Source: Eledone cirrhosa | Lineage: Eukaryota | Length of the DNA: 64,000 nt | Assembly: GCA_964016885.1 (NCBI GenBank) | Contig: OZ024751.1 | Location: 16,740,001-16,804,000 of the forward strand | Direction: 5' to 3' | In this document: piece by piece, positions 14,105 to 27,995 of the stretch | How positions within the stretch are numbered: position 1 is the stretch's first letter | How the letters are laid out: the number at the start of each line of letters is the position of its first letter | The notes under the pieces: model-generated | What the model was told of the DNA's origin: nothing | Seen by the model: the letters and a program-made list of their open reading frames with translations, nothing else | Databases searched by the model: none | Translations under genes and position numbers: made by a program

Positions 14105-14495
14105 ATAATGAGCGTCAGCCACCATGCTTTGCAGCATAAAGTTATGGCCCTTTATGTTCTGAGTTCAAATCCAATCGATGTTAACTTTGCCTTTCATCCG
14201 TACGGTGGTCGATAAAATAAAGTACCAGTAATGCACTGGTGTAATTTCTGGCTTTCTGCAAAAAGTAGAAGCAATTATGAACCAAGGGTGGTGGATTGGC
14301 AATATCGGTAGAGCGTCGGACACTGTGCTTCTCAGCATAGACTTACGGCCGTTTACGTTGTGAGTTCAAATCCCGGCGAGGTTAGCCTTGCCTTTCATCC
14401 ATACAGGGTCGATAAAATAAAGTAACAGTCACGCACTGGGGTCGATTTAATCGACTTCCCCCCTGCCCAAATATTGCTGGCCTAAATCAGAAACC
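14105..14495 (+). mobile_element. Two head-to-tail SINE A copies
   Basis: Diagnostic SINE A motifs occur twice in tandem. Confidence 0.75.
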
Positions 14496-14514
14496 CTTAC
14501 CATCCCTTTCGTCA

Positions 14515-14740
14515 GAAGACAGCCACCCTACTCATACCCTAATATGTCGTCTGTCTCGTGTTCCTAGCCGACGGGAAAGAGAAGACTTTACACTGGAGGA
14601 TGGTGAGGCAGACCCGCCGGAACAGTCACTCCACCTTGCGGGGCTCGTACCGTCGGGTAGCCAATACCGTTCCGATAGAAGTGAACAGGGATGTGATCCG
14701 GAGGACTAGAACACCGGATGTTGCCACTGCTAAAGCTGCA
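14515..14740 (+). repeat. GC-rich dispersed repeat; diverged copy at 24613-24790 (minus strand); probably a retroelement ORF remnant
   Basis: Nucleotide similarity between the two loci with a preserved reading frame (LICR..R.ED.TLE..E.D..EQ.LHLA). Confidence 0.5.
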
Positions 14741-14934
14741 ACCATATATACACACCAGAGAATGGCCTTACTAACCAATTCCACGTTTTAGGCACCCCCA
14801 TAGAAACTGAATAAAAAAGATATATACTGTGAAGATATTTAGTGCGATCTAATACTGCCCCATTCCCGATACATTTAGATTGCAATAAAACTATACAAAA
14901 ATAACATTAAATAAATACAAATAAAATGTAAAAA

Positions 14935-15124
14935 TAATTGTTTCTACTTTTTGGCACAAGGCCAGCAATTATCCCAGTGTATTACTGGTACTTTATTTTA
15001 TCGACCCTGTAAAGATGAAAAGTTAAATTTACCTCGGTGGGATTTGAACTCAGAATGGCAAGGGCCGTAACTCTATGCATCAAAGCATGGCGTCCGACCC
15101 TCTACCGATACTGCCAATCCACCA
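14935..15124 (-). mobile_element. SINE A copy
   Basis: Reverse complement of the SINE A motifs. Confidence 0.8.
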
Positions 15125-15734
15125 TAATATCAAATTTAAAGAATGCCTGGTTCAGTGTCTAAATTTAACTTGATGTGCGTAGAAGACTAATTGTTTGAAG
15201 GTCGATGGGAGCAATCGTTTGTATAAAAATGTTTTGTTTCTGTATTGTTTTAAATTTTGAAGACGTGTGGTTTGGTGTTGGACTTTTATAGTGTTTGGGT
15301 GTTTTAATCCTGATCTTACCTGCTACACACAAACAAGGTAGATTATATATCTGTAGACAAACAGATTACAGATTATATCTATACAAAAAGGTACAGCCAA
15401 TTATATCTACAATAGTGTTTGGTGGCTATTTATTTTAACGATATTGGGAGGATAAACTGCTATATTGATTGAGGCGAAATTTGAGTTTAGACAGAATAAT
15501 CACATAAGTAAATTGTAAAACTCATTTTGTGTAGTACCATTCTATCAGTTCAGAGAAGAAATGTCCAACAAACTTAGAGACAGAGATCAAGTTTGTAATA
15601 TATGACGATTATTGACTATTATAGTTCTGATTATAAAATCAGTAGCTAGTATATTATGAATTCTGGAATAATGAAATAACTGGCTGTCGAGCGGTTCAAG
15701 ACATTTTAAAATTATAGCTTTACGTAGCAGACGG

Positions 15735-16252
15735 GCGCTGGATTGGCGGTATCAGTAGAGGGTCGGACGCCATGCTCTCCAGCATAGTTACGTCCCTTTA
15801 CGATCTGAGTTCAAATCCCGCCGAGGTTGACTTTGCCTTTCATCCTTACGGGGGTCGATAAAATAAAGTACCAGTAATGTACTGGTGAATTGCTGGCCTT
15901 GTGCCTAAAGTAGAAACAATTATCGGTAAGGCGGTGGATTGGCAGTATTGGTAGAGAGTTGGACGCCATGCTTACCAGCATAGTTACGTCCCTTTACGGT
16001 CTGAGTTCAAATCCCGCCGAGGTTGACTTTGCCTTTCATCCTTACGGGGGTCGATAAAATAAAGTACCAGTAATGTACTGGTGAATTGCTGGCCTTGTGC
16101 CTAAAGTAGAAACAATTATCGGTAAGGCGGTGGATTGGCAGTATTGGTAGAGAGTTGGACGCCATGCTTACCAGCATAGTTACGTCCCTTTACGGTCTGA
16201 GTTCAAATCCCTGGGTTCAAATAATTGCTGGCCTTGTGCCTAAAGTAGAAAC
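15735..16252 (+). mobile_element. Tandem triplication of SINE A (period ~196 bp; third unit internally deleted)
   Basis: Near-identical units start at ~15735, 15931 and 16127, joined by TTATCGGTAA. Confidence 0.85.
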
Positions 16253-16286
16253 AGACGTATGCGACATATATTACTTTATGCTGTTC

Positions 16287-17510
16287 TGGCTGCTGCTGCT
16301 GCGGCTAATGACGATGATGTTGAAGATGGCGATGATGATGATGCTGATGATGGTGATGATGACGGTACTGCTGCTGCTGCTGATGATGAATTTGAAGATG
16401 AGGAGGAAAAGGAGGAGGATGTTACTTGTTGGGGTGGGAGTAAGTGTTGATGATAATAATTGTTTCTACTTTAGGCACAAGGCCAGCAAGTACCTCAGTG
16501 TATTACTGGTACTTTATTTTATCGACCCCCGTAAGGATGAAAGGCAAAGTTAACCTCGGCGGGATTTGAACTCAGACCGTAAAGGGACATAACTCTACAC
16601 TGCAAAGTATGGTGTCTGACCCTCCACTGATACTGCCAGATGCTACTGTGTTGCTGGTGGTGGTGATGCTACTGCTGCTGCCTATGATGATGATGATGAT
16701 GATATGATGCTACTGCTGATGATGGTGATGATGAAATTACTGCGGCTGCTGCTGCTGCTGATGGTATGATGCTACTGCTGCTGATGATGATGTTGATGAT
16801 GGCGATTATGATGGTGATGATGACGGTACTGCTGCTGCTGCTGATGATGATGGTGGTGGTAATGATGATGATGATGATGATGGTGGTACTGCTGCTGCTG
16901 ATGATGATGATGCTGCTGCTACCGCTGATGATGATGATGGTGGTGGTGATGATGCTACTGCTGCTGATGATGGTTATGAATCCCACTGCTCCTGCTGCTG
17001 TGGTTGTTGATGATGATGATGATCACGATGATGATGATGATGATGATGATGATGCTGCTGCTGCTGCTGCTGATGATGATGCTGCTGATGATGGTTATGA
17101 ATCACACTGCTCCTGCTGCTGATAGTGTTGATGGTGATGATGATGATGGTGATGGTGATGATGATGATGCTACTGCTGCTGCTGATGATGGTTATGAATC
17201 CCACTGCTCCTGCTGCTGATAGTTTTGATGATGATGATGCTGCTGCTGATGATGGTTATAAATCCCACTGTTCCTGCTGCTGGCAGTGTTGATGATGATG
17301 ATGATGATGATGATGAAGATGATGATGATGCTACTGCAGATGGTGATGATGATGATGATTCTACTGCTGCTGCTGCTGATTGTTGATGGTGGTGAGGACA
17401 CTGCCGTCAACGGTGCTGTTGTTGATGCTTATGATGATGCTACTGTTGCTGCTGCTGATGGTGATGCTGCTGCTATTGCTGCTGGTGCTGCTCCTGCTGC
17501 TGCTGCTGCT
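16287..17510. repeat. (GAT)n/(GCT)n trinucleotide low-complexity region, interrupted by a minus-strand SINE A (16457-16640)
   Basis: Direct observation; a higher-order unit GGTTATGAATCCCACTGCTCC recurs four times in 16972-17280. Confidence 0.9.
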
Positions 17511-17755
17511 GAATGATGGCGGTGGTGGCGATACTAGCAATCATTAGACATCACGTGTCTAGGTTATTTTATGTGTGCTGCTGCTGCTGCTGCTGCTGCT
17601 GAATGATGGCGGTGGTGGCGATACTAGCAATCATTAGACATCACGTGTCTAGGTTATTTTATGTGTGCTGCTGCTGCTGCTGCTGCTGCTGAATGATGGC
17701 GGTGGTGGCGATGCTAGCAATCATTAGACATCACGTGTCTAGGTTATTTTATGTG

Positions 17756-17802
<47 letters not shown>

Positions 17803-17866
17803 AATGATGGCGGTGGTGGCGATACTAGCAATCATTAGACATCACGTGTCTAGGTTATTTTATGTG

Positions 17867-17901
<35 letters not shown>

Positions 17902-18052
17902 AATGATGGCGGTGGTGGCGATACTAGCAATCATTAGACATCACGTGTCTAGGTTATTTTATGTGTGCTGCTGCTGCTGCTGCTGCTGAATGATGGCGGT
18001 GGTGGCGATACTAGCAATCATTAGACATCACGTGTCTAGGTTATTTTATGTG

Positions 18053-18087
<35 letters not shown>

Positions 18088-18152
18088 AATGATGGCGGTG
18101 GTGGCGATACTAGCAATCATTAGACATCACGTGTCTAGGTTATTTTATGTGT
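17511..18152. repeat. 7 copies of a 66-bp unit separated by variable (GCT)n spacers
   Basis: Unit GAATGATGGCGGTGGTGGCGATACTAGCAATCATTAGACATCACGTGTCTAGGTTATTTTATGTGT starts at 17511, 17601, 17691, 17802, 17901, 17988, 18087. Confidence 0.95.
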
Positions 18153-18233
18153 TGTAACAACTTAAAGAAGATAAGATGGTTGAGAGGTCAGCAATACTTC
18201 CTGTAACGTCCTCCAATCGTTTAGCGGTATAGG

Positions 18234-18310
18234 CACGTTTCTCATGTAATACTGTGTGTCTATGTGTCTGCGTGTGTGTGTGTGTGTGTGTCTATGTGTG
18301 TCTCTGTGTG

Positions 18311-18341
<31 letters not shown>

Positions 18342-18683
18342 CACGTTTCTCATGTAATACTGTGTGTCTATGTGTCTGCGTGTGTGTGTGTGTGTCTATG
18401 TGTGTCTCTGTGTGTCTATGTGTGTGTGTGTGTGTGTGTGTGTCACGTTTCTCATGTAATACTGTGTGTCTATGTGTCTGCGTGTGTCTATGTGTGTGTG
18501 TGTCTATGTGTGTCTCTGTGTGTCTATGTGTGTGTGTGTGTGTCACGTTTCTCATGTAATACTGTGTGTCTATGTGTCTGCGTGTGTGTGTGTGTGTCTA
18601 TATGTGTGTGTGTGTCTATGTGTGTCTGTGTGTGTCTATGTGCGTTGTGTGTGTGTATGTGCGTTTGTCTGTGTATGGTTGTC

Positions 18684-18722
<39 letters not shown>

Positions 18723-18813
18723 CACGTTTCTCATGTAATACTGTGTGTCTATGTGTCTGCGTGTGTCTATGTGTGTGTGTGTGTGTATGTGCGATTGTCT
18801 GTGTATGGTTGTC

Positions 18814-18852
<39 letters not shown>

Positions 18853-19560
18853 CACGTTTCTCCTGTAATACTGTGTGTCTATGTGTCTGTGTGTGTGTGT
18901 GTGTATGTGCGTGTAAGTATGTGCGATTGTCTGTGTATGGTTGTCCATGTGTGTGTGTGTCTGTGTATGTTTCTGCTTGTGTATGTGTGTCTGTGTGTGT
19001 GTGTGTGTGTGTGTAAGTATGTGCGTTTGTCTGTGTATGGTTGTCCATGTGTGTGTGTGCCTGTATGGTTGTGCTGGTGTCTGTGTGTCTGTGTGTGTGC
19101 GTGTGTCTACGTGTGTGTGTGTGTGTCTATATGTATGTGTGTATGTGCGTGTAAGTATGTGCATTTGTCTGTGTATGGTTGTCCATGTGTGTGTGTCTGT
19201 GTATGGTTGGGCTTGTGTATGTGTGTATGTGTGTGTGTCTATGTGTATGTGTGTGTATGTGTGTCTGTGTGTGTGTGTCTCTGTGTATGTGTGTATATGT
19301 TTATATGTCTGTGTATGTATGTTTGTATGCAAGTATGTATCACGTTTCTCATGTAATACATTGTGTTTATGTGTGTGTGTGTGTATGTATGCGCGTTTGT
19401 CTGTATGTTTTTATCTGTGTGTGTGTGCGTGCGTGTGCGTGTGTGTGTGCGTGCGTGTGTGCGTATGTATGTGCGTCTGTGCTTGTATGTATGTATGCCT
19501 GTGCTGCTGTCTGTGTATGTAAGTTTTTATGTATGTCTCTCGGCGTGTGAGTGTCTGTGT
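18234..19560. repeat. (GT)n-rich compound minisatellite with anchor CACGTTTCTCATGTAATAC
   Basis: Anchor recurs at ~18234, 18342, 18444, 18544, 18723, 18853, 19341. Confidence 0.9.
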
Positions 19561-20003
19561 GTGTGTTTACATGCAAGTATGTATGTGATGATATGTATGT
19601 GTAGATATGTATGTATATATGTATGTGAGCGTATGTCAGTCTATGTTTGCATAATTATATGCAAGAATGTATGTATGTATATACGTAGGAAGTTATGTAT
19701 GAATGAATGTATGTATATATACATGTACACATGGGGCTATGGAGTAATGTATGAATATAATTATGTGTTTGTATATATGTATGCATGTATGAATGTACGT
19801 ACGTATGCCCGTACGTCTATACATATATGTGTATGTATGTACGCATATATGTATATATGCATATTATAGTACACATACACATGTCCAAGCGCATACGTAT
19901 ACACACGCATGCGCATTAATGCATATATAGACGAATTAATACATACAAATATCATGCGTTAATGCCAGTTAGTACCACTAACTAGTACGCAACATACATT
20001 TAG

Positions 20004-20099
<96 letters not shown>

Positions 20100-20101
20100 A
20101 C

Positions 20102-20163
20102 AAGGGCGGTGCCCCAGCATGGCCTCAGCCGGATGGCTGAAACAGGTAAAAGAGTAAAAGAGA
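20102..20163 (+). mobile_element. 3' tail of a SINE/LINE (GGGCGGTGCCCCAGCATGGCC..GCTGAAACAGGTAAAAGA)
   Basis: Stem-loop followed by a short tandem AAAAGA tail, typical of retroposon 3' ends. Confidence 0.55.
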
Positions 20164-20240
20164 TACGTTGTTCCGGGTTGAATCGGAGGTAACCACAGTA
20201 TGTAAGGTACTCAATACATAGCAGAGTATAAAAGTTTTAA

Positions 20241-20516
20241 TATAGATGAGATTCTACAGGACTAGAACTGTTTCATTCTTTAGAAATCATCAGAAATCTG
20301 GGTATCAAAAAATAAGTATGGTATATATAGGTCTCTTCAAGTGGTAGGAGAGGGTAGGGAGTGGGATGGGTGTAGGTCACCAATGACATACACACATCCC
20401 ACTCCCTACCCTCTCCTAGAAGAGACCTATAAATACCATACTTATTTTTTGATACCCAGATTCCTGATGATTTCTAAAGAATGAAACAGTTCTAGTCCTG
20501 TAGAATCTCATCTATA

Positions 20517-20517
<1 letters not shown>
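20241..20517. mobile_element. ~275-bp fold-back element with an intact hammerhead in both arms
   Basis: Arms fold to a GTCA-CCAA-TGAC apex (20376-20387). The upstream segment 20166-20240 recurs at 44415-44490. Confidence 0.85.
20458..20508 (+). ncRNA. Type I hammerhead ribozyme, intact core (mirror copy 20249-20299 on minus strand)
   Basis: AGATTC CTGATGA T TTC TAAA GAA T GAA ACAG TTCTAGTC CTGT A|GAATCT: 6-bp stem I, 4-bp stem III, GUA cleavage triplet. Confidence 0.8.
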
Positions 20518-20550
<33 letters not shown>

Positions 20551-21078
20551 CAGTATATATATATGTACATACATACACATATATATATACATACATAAAA
20601 CATTCCAAAATTTTGCATCTAATAACTGCATATACACATGTACTGATGCAACTCAAAACATCCACATCCACACATACAATAACATCCATATCTACACATT
20701 CATGCATACATATATATCTACCTAGTTGATGTTGTATAAATTCCAATGAGAGAGTCTTGTGTCTATGTTAGAAACCGACTCTCTCTCTATTGGTAAAAAT
20801 TTGTGAAATTATAAAAACCAGAAGAACATACACATATATATACATATATGCATATATATACATACATACACATATATATATACATGCATATATATACATA
20901 CAAGCATATATACATACATATATACATACATATATACATACACACACATATAAATGTATATATATATATATATATGTGTGTGTGTATGTATGTAAAAGGT
21001 AAACAGAAATAACAACACAATCGGTACAGTATATGATAGGTTATATATTAGGTTAACGCTTGATATAGCAGGAAGAGG

Positions 21079-21118
21079 GTCTTAACGTTTTGGACGCTAG
21101 TCTTTCATCAGAAGAAAG
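21079..21118 (-). ncRNA. Decayed minimal hammerhead (family of 59174)
   Basis: Reverse complement TCTT CTGATGA AAGAC TAGC GTCC AAAAC GTT|AAGA. Confidence 0.55.
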
Positions 21119-21451
21119 ACTGAAAAATAAGATAGATTCAGGGGACGGGTGGAGTGGAATTGGAAACCCTGTTTTGTGTATCATTTGTTTTTTAGACAAG
21201 TGAATGATGGAGCGCGTCTATCTGAAATGGAAAAAAAAGTTTTGTAAAAAGAGCTATACTTGAGCACGTGCGTAAGCATGTGTTTGTGTGTGCATGTGTG
21301 TGTGTGTGTGGGTGTGTGTGTGTGTGTTTTATACGACCGTACGACGCTAAAAAGAAATGTTGTGTGCATATGTGAGTAAAAGAGTGTGTGTGCATGTAAG
21401 TACGAAGCTATACATAGATATACATACATACATGCATATATACATATATAT

Positions 21452-22057
21452 GGTGGCTGCCAACTCGTTTTCGAGTACGGCCACTACTTTATATCCATGT
21501 AGGAGAACCCCTACCGATGTACTGAACGAGTGTGACTTTTTAGTCCAGCCAGCGACTTGAAAACTCTGGTACAAACACTACACTTGTGACAATTATTGAC
21601 ACATAGTGCTGGGCCCATGGTACCATGTGACAACAAGTGCAGAGAGATCTCCAGATATAAAGCAATGCCTGTGCCGTGAAGCTTTTATAGTGAGCAAAGG
21701 CACTGCAAAAAGCCAGTCCCACTCTCTTAACCAAGATGATATTTACCAAAAAGAAGAACAAGTCAACATCATTGGATACCATCAGAGTTGCAGGTGTTAT
21801 ATCAGAGTTTTCCTTCTCTTAGAATTCTACCTTGACAAAGGCTAAGGGGTCATATCTCCCGGTGATTTTGGATGGCCATTGACTCTTAAGAGCTCCTTTG
21901 CCCGTTGACAAGTTTTGTTTTTAGTCCTGCAGGATGTCCAAAGCCACCCTCCTCACCAAGAAACCTTGGTGGGGTTGCCAGTTTAGTCGCCAATGACCCG
22001 ACCATGAGACAGGTTGTACTGGAATACATGTTACCAGTAGCACCAGCTGGTGACCTG
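21452..22057 (-). mobile_element. ~610-bp non-autonomous element, probably RTE-derived; copies at 31215-31674 (5'-truncated) and 59446-60059
   Basis: Three highly similar copies, each in TA-rich microsatellite; no TIRs; remnants FGKYHLG and LY[T/I]WRS resemble LINE APE motifs. Confidence 0.7.
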
Positions 22058-22067
22058 ATATACATAT

Positions 22068-22098
<31 letters not shown>

Positions 22099-22099
22099 C

Positions 22100-22137
<38 letters not shown>

Positions 22138-22160
22138 CATTCATATATATACATACATAT

Positions 22161-22191
<31 letters not shown>

Positions 22192-22249
22192 CATACATAC
22201 ACATACATACATACATATACATATATATATACATATATATACATATATC

Positions 22250-22535
22250 TAAAGTCTAAAGCCTGTCTTAAACCAGAAGGCTCATTTGGCCGGTGGTTTT
22301 CCCGGTTTCATGGCGTGAAGCGGCTGAGAGTACAAGACTCCCTCCTGGACAGGACGCCAGTCCATTGCAGGGTTAAACCTCCAGCTATTGCTGGTACTCA
22401 TTTTCAGCTGAGTATACTTGAGCAACGTGAAATGAAGTGTTTTGTTCAAGAACCAAACACGCAGCCCAGGAATCGAACCCACGACATTATGATTGTAAGT
22501 CCAACACTCTTACCACTAGGACACGTGCCTCCACA
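22250..22535 (-). mobile_element. tRNA-derived SINE family B; related fragments at 4040-4125, 5908-6021, 54070-54250, 56455-56640, 58018-58204
   Basis: Reverse complement GGAGGCACGTGTCCTAGTGGTAAGAGTG (A box)..GGGTTCGATTCC (B box)..TCTTGAACAAAACACTTCATTTCACGTTGCTC core. Confidence 0.8.
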
Positions 22536-22596
22536 TATACCTATATATACATATATATATATATGCATATATATATATATACATATATATATATGC

Positions 22597-22724
<128 letters not shown>

Positions 22725-23033
22725 GCATATATATACATATACATATATATAAGCATATATATATATATATATGCATATATATATACATATACAACGAAGG
22801 AAATGTGGTAAGAAACCAGATGGTCCATAACGCACCAGAGTACTCAATACTTAGGGTAGTAGAGTTGCTAATAGGAAAAAGTATGACCCCGACGGCAGAG
22901 CTCAAGCCGTTTCGACAGCTATTTCTGGTCTGCGTATATTTCAGTCCAGAAATAGCCGGCAAAACGGCTTGAGCTTTGCCGTCGGGGGGTCATGCTTTTT
23001 CCTATATACATATACATATATACATATATACAT

Positions 23034-23129
<96 letters not shown>

Positions 23130-23151
23130 ACATATACATATATGTATACAT

Positions 23152-23215
<64 letters not shown>

Positions 23216-23226
23216 ATAAATATGTA

Positions 23227-23369
<143 letters not shown>

Positions 23370-23391
23370 ATGTATACATATATGTATATGT

Positions 23392-23536
<145 letters not shown>

Positions 23537-23577
23537 TACATATTTATGTTTATATATATATATATATATATATATGT

Positions 23578-23699
<122 letters not shown>

Positions 23700-24078
23700 A
23701 CATATACATATACATATACAGAAAGAAAGAGCAGGAAAGGTCGTTATTACAGTCAGGCCAAAAATGTCACGAAAATTCTGTCTTTCTTCTTATAGCTGAC
23801 ATTAACCCTGACTACCCTTCCCCTTCCTTTTCTTCCTTCCCCCTTCTTCTCTCTTCTCTCTTTCTTTCTTTTTTCTTGTGGCATGATACTAACGCTGACT
23901 TATGTTCCTATCCCTTTCTGTTTTCGTTTATTTGACCGGTAGTAGCACACTCTAAGCTTTAATCACGTCACTTGTGTGCGACCAGCAAAGGTGGAAGATG
24001 CTGGATGGCGGTCGTCCTCGGGTCTTTTATTTTCAGCCCCATGGATTTTATCTATTACATTCACTTATTATATTTCGA

Positions 24079-24136
24079 ATACCTGATGATATCACAGGAT
24101 TCATACGGAACCCGGTCATTGAAATGATCATAGTAT
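24079..24136 (+). ncRNA. Type I hammerhead ribozyme, intact core
   Basis: ATAC CTGATGA T ATCAC..GTCAT T GAAAT GATC ATA|GTAT; palindromic GATC loop III; AUA triplet. Confidence 0.7.
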
Positions 24137-24289
24137 AATAAACCTTTCAAGGATTTACACAAGTCCAGCCTCCTGTCATTTCATTATAATATATATATAT
24201 ATGTCATTATGATGCGTGGAGGGACGATTGACGGACACGAAAAATGACATCGGTAAGAGATTTTTTCTTATATCAATGTTTGACGGGCA

Positions 24290-24412
24290 TCCACTGATGA
24301 TTTATAAGTGCCCACCTGCATATGTTCTTACGGAAAAATATGCTGGCTTCTACATAACCCTGGACATACTCTCCCAACTTGTAGAAAACTTATAATGAAA
24401 CAATTGTTTGGA
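24290..24412 (+). ncRNA. Type I hammerhead with long stem II insertion; copies at 32684-32812 (-) and 45861-45980 (-, stem III deleted)
   Basis: TCCA CTGATGA T TTATAAGT [~78 nt] ACTTATAA T GAAAC AATT GTT|TGGA. Confidence 0.75.
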
Positions 24413-24794
24413 AAGAGAGATATATATTTTAATTTTAATTATATCTCATATAAAATAATACAACTGGCTTTCCATAAAATACATATAGTTAGAACCCCAA
24501 ACATAAAATTGGGATTATACTAAGGTATATCCTAATGTTTGTTGAGTGAGATGGTAGCCAGTCAGAGTATAGCTTAAGGCTTTCTCTGTTAATGTATTGT
24601 ATATATATATATACTGCTATCGGAACAGAGTTGGCTGTCTGCAGGTGAGCCCCACGCGAGGTGGAGTGGCTGTTCCTGTGCGTCTCCCTCACTTTCTTCC
24701 AGGGTAATGTCTTCGTGATCCAGTCGGCCGGAACTACGACGTGGTCGACATATTAAGCTAGAAGTCAGGTGGCAGTTTTCAGAGGAATGGGTTA

Positions 24795-25225
24795 ATAATT
24801 GTTTCTTCTTTTGGCACAAAGCCAGCAATTATAAGGCACCAGTGCATTACTGGTACTTTATTTTATCGACCTCGTAAGGATGAGAGGCAAAGTTAACCCC
24901 GGCGAGATTTGAACATAGAACGTAAAGGGCTGTACCTCTATGCTTCAAAGCAGGGTTATCCGGCGCTCTTCCGATATTGCAGATACACTGCCCCAAGGAA
25001 GCCTAAAATAATGGTTTCTTATATAGGCACAAGGCCAGCAATTTTGGAAGAGGGGGAAAGTCGATTAATTGGACCCCAGTGCGTGACTGGTACTTTATTT
25101 TATCGACCTCGTAAGGATGAAAGGCAAAGTTAACTTCGGCAGGATTAGAACACAGAACGTAAAGGGCTATAACTTGATGCTGCAAAATTGGTGTCTGACG
25201 CTCTACCGATATTGCCAATCCACCA
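24795..25225 (-). mobile_element. Two head-to-tail SINE A copies; a further partial copy at 26085-26215
   Basis: Reverse-complement SINE A motifs. Confidence 0.8.
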
Positions 25226-26040
25226 AGGAAAGAGTTAATAATGCTCTCTCTCTCACGCAAGCTTTTAAGCACTACCCTGCTCATTATTCACCCTGGCGTA
25301 TATATTTTTTTGTTTCTAACTATAGATTCCATAAAACATTAACAGGAAAGGAAGGAAAGGGCTCGGATTGTTAAGCAACGAAAGAAAGAGGGAAGGGGAC
25401 AGGGTGACAGACTGTTATTGTATGTCAATTATGTTTATTTTAACACTGTGCTCTCTCTATATACATATTTCCTCAACCACCAAACACTTATGTCTATTTG
25501 GAATTCTATACGATGCACGATGATCAATATAAAAGACATTTAAATGGTTTATGTTCATGTAATTCTTATGCGTTGTTTTTTTTTGTTATTGTTTTAATTC
25601 TTGCTACATGTTTTAGAAAATTTGGTTTATTTGTCGAATTGTCTGTGGCTATGTTATTTCAATTTGTTATCAAATTTATTATTTTTATATTTATTATATT
25701 GTTGTTAATGCTACGTTTTTTTATATTACTTTACTGAGTCTTTTGTTGTGCTGGATACAAATTTCTGGTTTAATTATACCTTTAGTTATTTTAATTCTGT
25801 TCTGTTATTTTTCTTCTCCTTCAATTAGTTTGAGTTTTATTCTTGATATGTGTTATGTTCGTACTTGACGGTGATTTATTGAATTGGTTGTTTCAATTAC
25901 GTAAAGACTGTTGTATATTTTTTTTAGTTGCTAAATTGTTATACTGCAGTACCTAAATTAGTTGTGCAGGTTTTATTTAATTTTGTACTGCAATTCCGTC
26001 TCATTGTATAAATTGTTCTTGCGACAATTACTGAGTTCTG

Positions 26041-26090
<50 letters not shown>

Positions 26091-26225
26091 TCTACTTTTG
26101 GCACAAGGCCAGCAATTACTGGTACTTTATTTTATCGACCTCGTAAGGATGAAAGGCAAAATTAACCTCGGCGGGATTTGAACTCAGATCGTCAGATCGT
26201 AAAGGGACGTAACTGTGGTGGAAAG

Positions 26226-26299
<74 letters not shown>

Positions 26300-27179
26300 T
26301 AAAAGAGGAGACACAGGTAAGCACTAAGAAAAGGATTTTATCCAGGTATTTACGACCGTTTCATTGGTAAGTGCAACCTTATATTGCTATACTGCAAATA
26401 GCAGCCACTCAATTATAATTGTTGTTCACAGTCCAAATTTTCAAAATAGTAAGTTACTCTTGAAATAATTCTTAATATATAGAGAAGAACATTTATTTGG
26501 AATTGTATTTACTAGTATAGAGAGAGATGAATCAGAAGGTGGGGGGACAGACGGAATAGTATAGAGAGAGAGGAAGGGGGAAGAGGTAGGAAGTAGAGTG
26601 ACAAACTGAGATGGAGGGAGGGGTAGAGGTGGAAGGAGTCCTTGGTCAGTTTTGTTAGCAGACTTCATGTCGTGGAATGTAGTGAGTTAAAGATAATTAA
26701 ATTGATCATAGTGGGAGGGATGGATAGAGAGGGAGAGAGAGGGGGGGAGATATAAAGAGATAAATATATATATATATATATATATATAAAAAAATAAAGA
26801 TAAAGATAATAATGACAAAAATAAAAGCAAAGAAGGGGTGAGAAAGAAGAAAAGAAAAGATAGCCAAGAAGGGGAGGGAAGGAAGGAAGAAAACGAAGAA
26901 ATAGAAGAGGAATGAGGGAGAAGAGGGGGATATATGTATTGGTTTTGAGGGTAATTAAAGGGTTTAGATACAACAAGAAGGTATAAAGTCTAAGTATATG
27001 CAGTTTTCAGTTGGTAGTAAGAGGTTAAGGGTTCGATTTGTAGTGCGAAAACTTCTCTTTGAGTCTATGGTTACAATAAATTGATCTCTCGATTTTATTG
27101 TTGAGTAACTTATTCTTCGAACTTAAGATGTGGAACAGCTCAAGGTCGCATAATCGACAGCTTCTCATACCACTCCGAT

Positions 27180-27575
27180 ATGGGGGCGCGTTCGATAATT
27201 TTTAACAATAGAATCACCACCGAACACAACAGAATATCTAATACACAAACACCCGTTAATAGGCAAACAAAACGTAACACAGTTGTACAGGCATCGCAGC
27301 CCACAAATAATGCCAAAGTTGCCCATGACAAGAACTGTAACTCCCACCTACCTGAAACCTCTCCATTACATAATGAATGTATGCAGTCTAACCTGGTTTA
27401 CCAATGCACAGTGGAATCAGACAACCAGAAATGGTATTATATCGGAGCGACTGGGAATACATTTAAAGCCCGTTGGTATACACACCGTTACGTAACTACC
27501 CTTGCAAACAAGACCTTGCAACTTAGGGAAAGTAACCATCAATACACCCTGAAGATTTCATATGTTGAATGCTAA
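27180..27575 (+). pseudogene. Penelope-like retroelement fragment: linker and GIY-YIG endonuclease
   Basis: KNCN..PLHNECMQSNLVYQCTV...YYIGATGNTFKARWYTH..TTLA..LRE: characteristic PLE GIY-YIG motifs. Confidence 0.8.
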
Positions 27576-27591
27576 GTTATGATGGTTCGAA

Positions 27592-27995
27592 TCATGGTAA
27601 CTTAAATCTTGTGAATGTAGTAGCGATCCTGTGTCTGTAGAAAATTGACCTTTTATCGTTCCTAAGGATATACAGTAATTCAAGGTCGCAGAGCCTACAA
27701 TAGGACAAACTGGTACTGGATGTCCTTGCGGCCGACAACCTCAACCAGTTGATATTGTAGTCGATATTTTTGTCCTTAAGTTCCCAGATTTTTTTGGCGA
27801 GGGTTGTAGAACCTATTAGTGCACGGTTCTTCATCAAATGTCTGTGCACATGCCACTTTTTTTAAACGTAACCACGGTGGATCCAATGTAATGCCAAGTG
27901 GAGTTGCCCGAGTTCACCGTACACATGTACACTAGGCTCGAATCAAGGCACCTGTTCGTCAATGGGCGATGACAATTGCAGTTTGAGGTGTTATT
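27592..27995 (-). pseudogene. Second, divergent Penelope-like GIY-YIG fragment (frameshifted)
   Basis: NCNCHRPLTNRCLDSSLVYMCTV..HYIGST..TFKK / HRHLMK..STTLAKKIWELKDKNIDYNINW..CRLCDLELLYIL. Segment 27897-27950 is inverted-duplicated at 28041-28091. Confidence 0.85.

Noticed and set aside
16155-17516. Poly-Asp/Ala/Met ORFs (also the acidic ORF at 48022-48219)
   Set aside because: Trinucleotide repeats; one tract is interrupted by a SINE, and there is no splice or homology support.
17511-18152. CRISPR-like repeat-spacer appearance
   Set aside because: Repeats are 66 bp, spacers are only (GCT)n, there are no cas genes, and the context is eukaryotic.
21540-21845. ~80-aa ORFs conserved on both strands in three places
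   Set aside because: Conservation simply reflects young, highly similar repeat copies; no evidence of coding selection.
22465-22535. Possible tRNA gene
   Set aside because: A/B boxes are present, but the sequence continues into a SINE body and has no complete cloverleaf.
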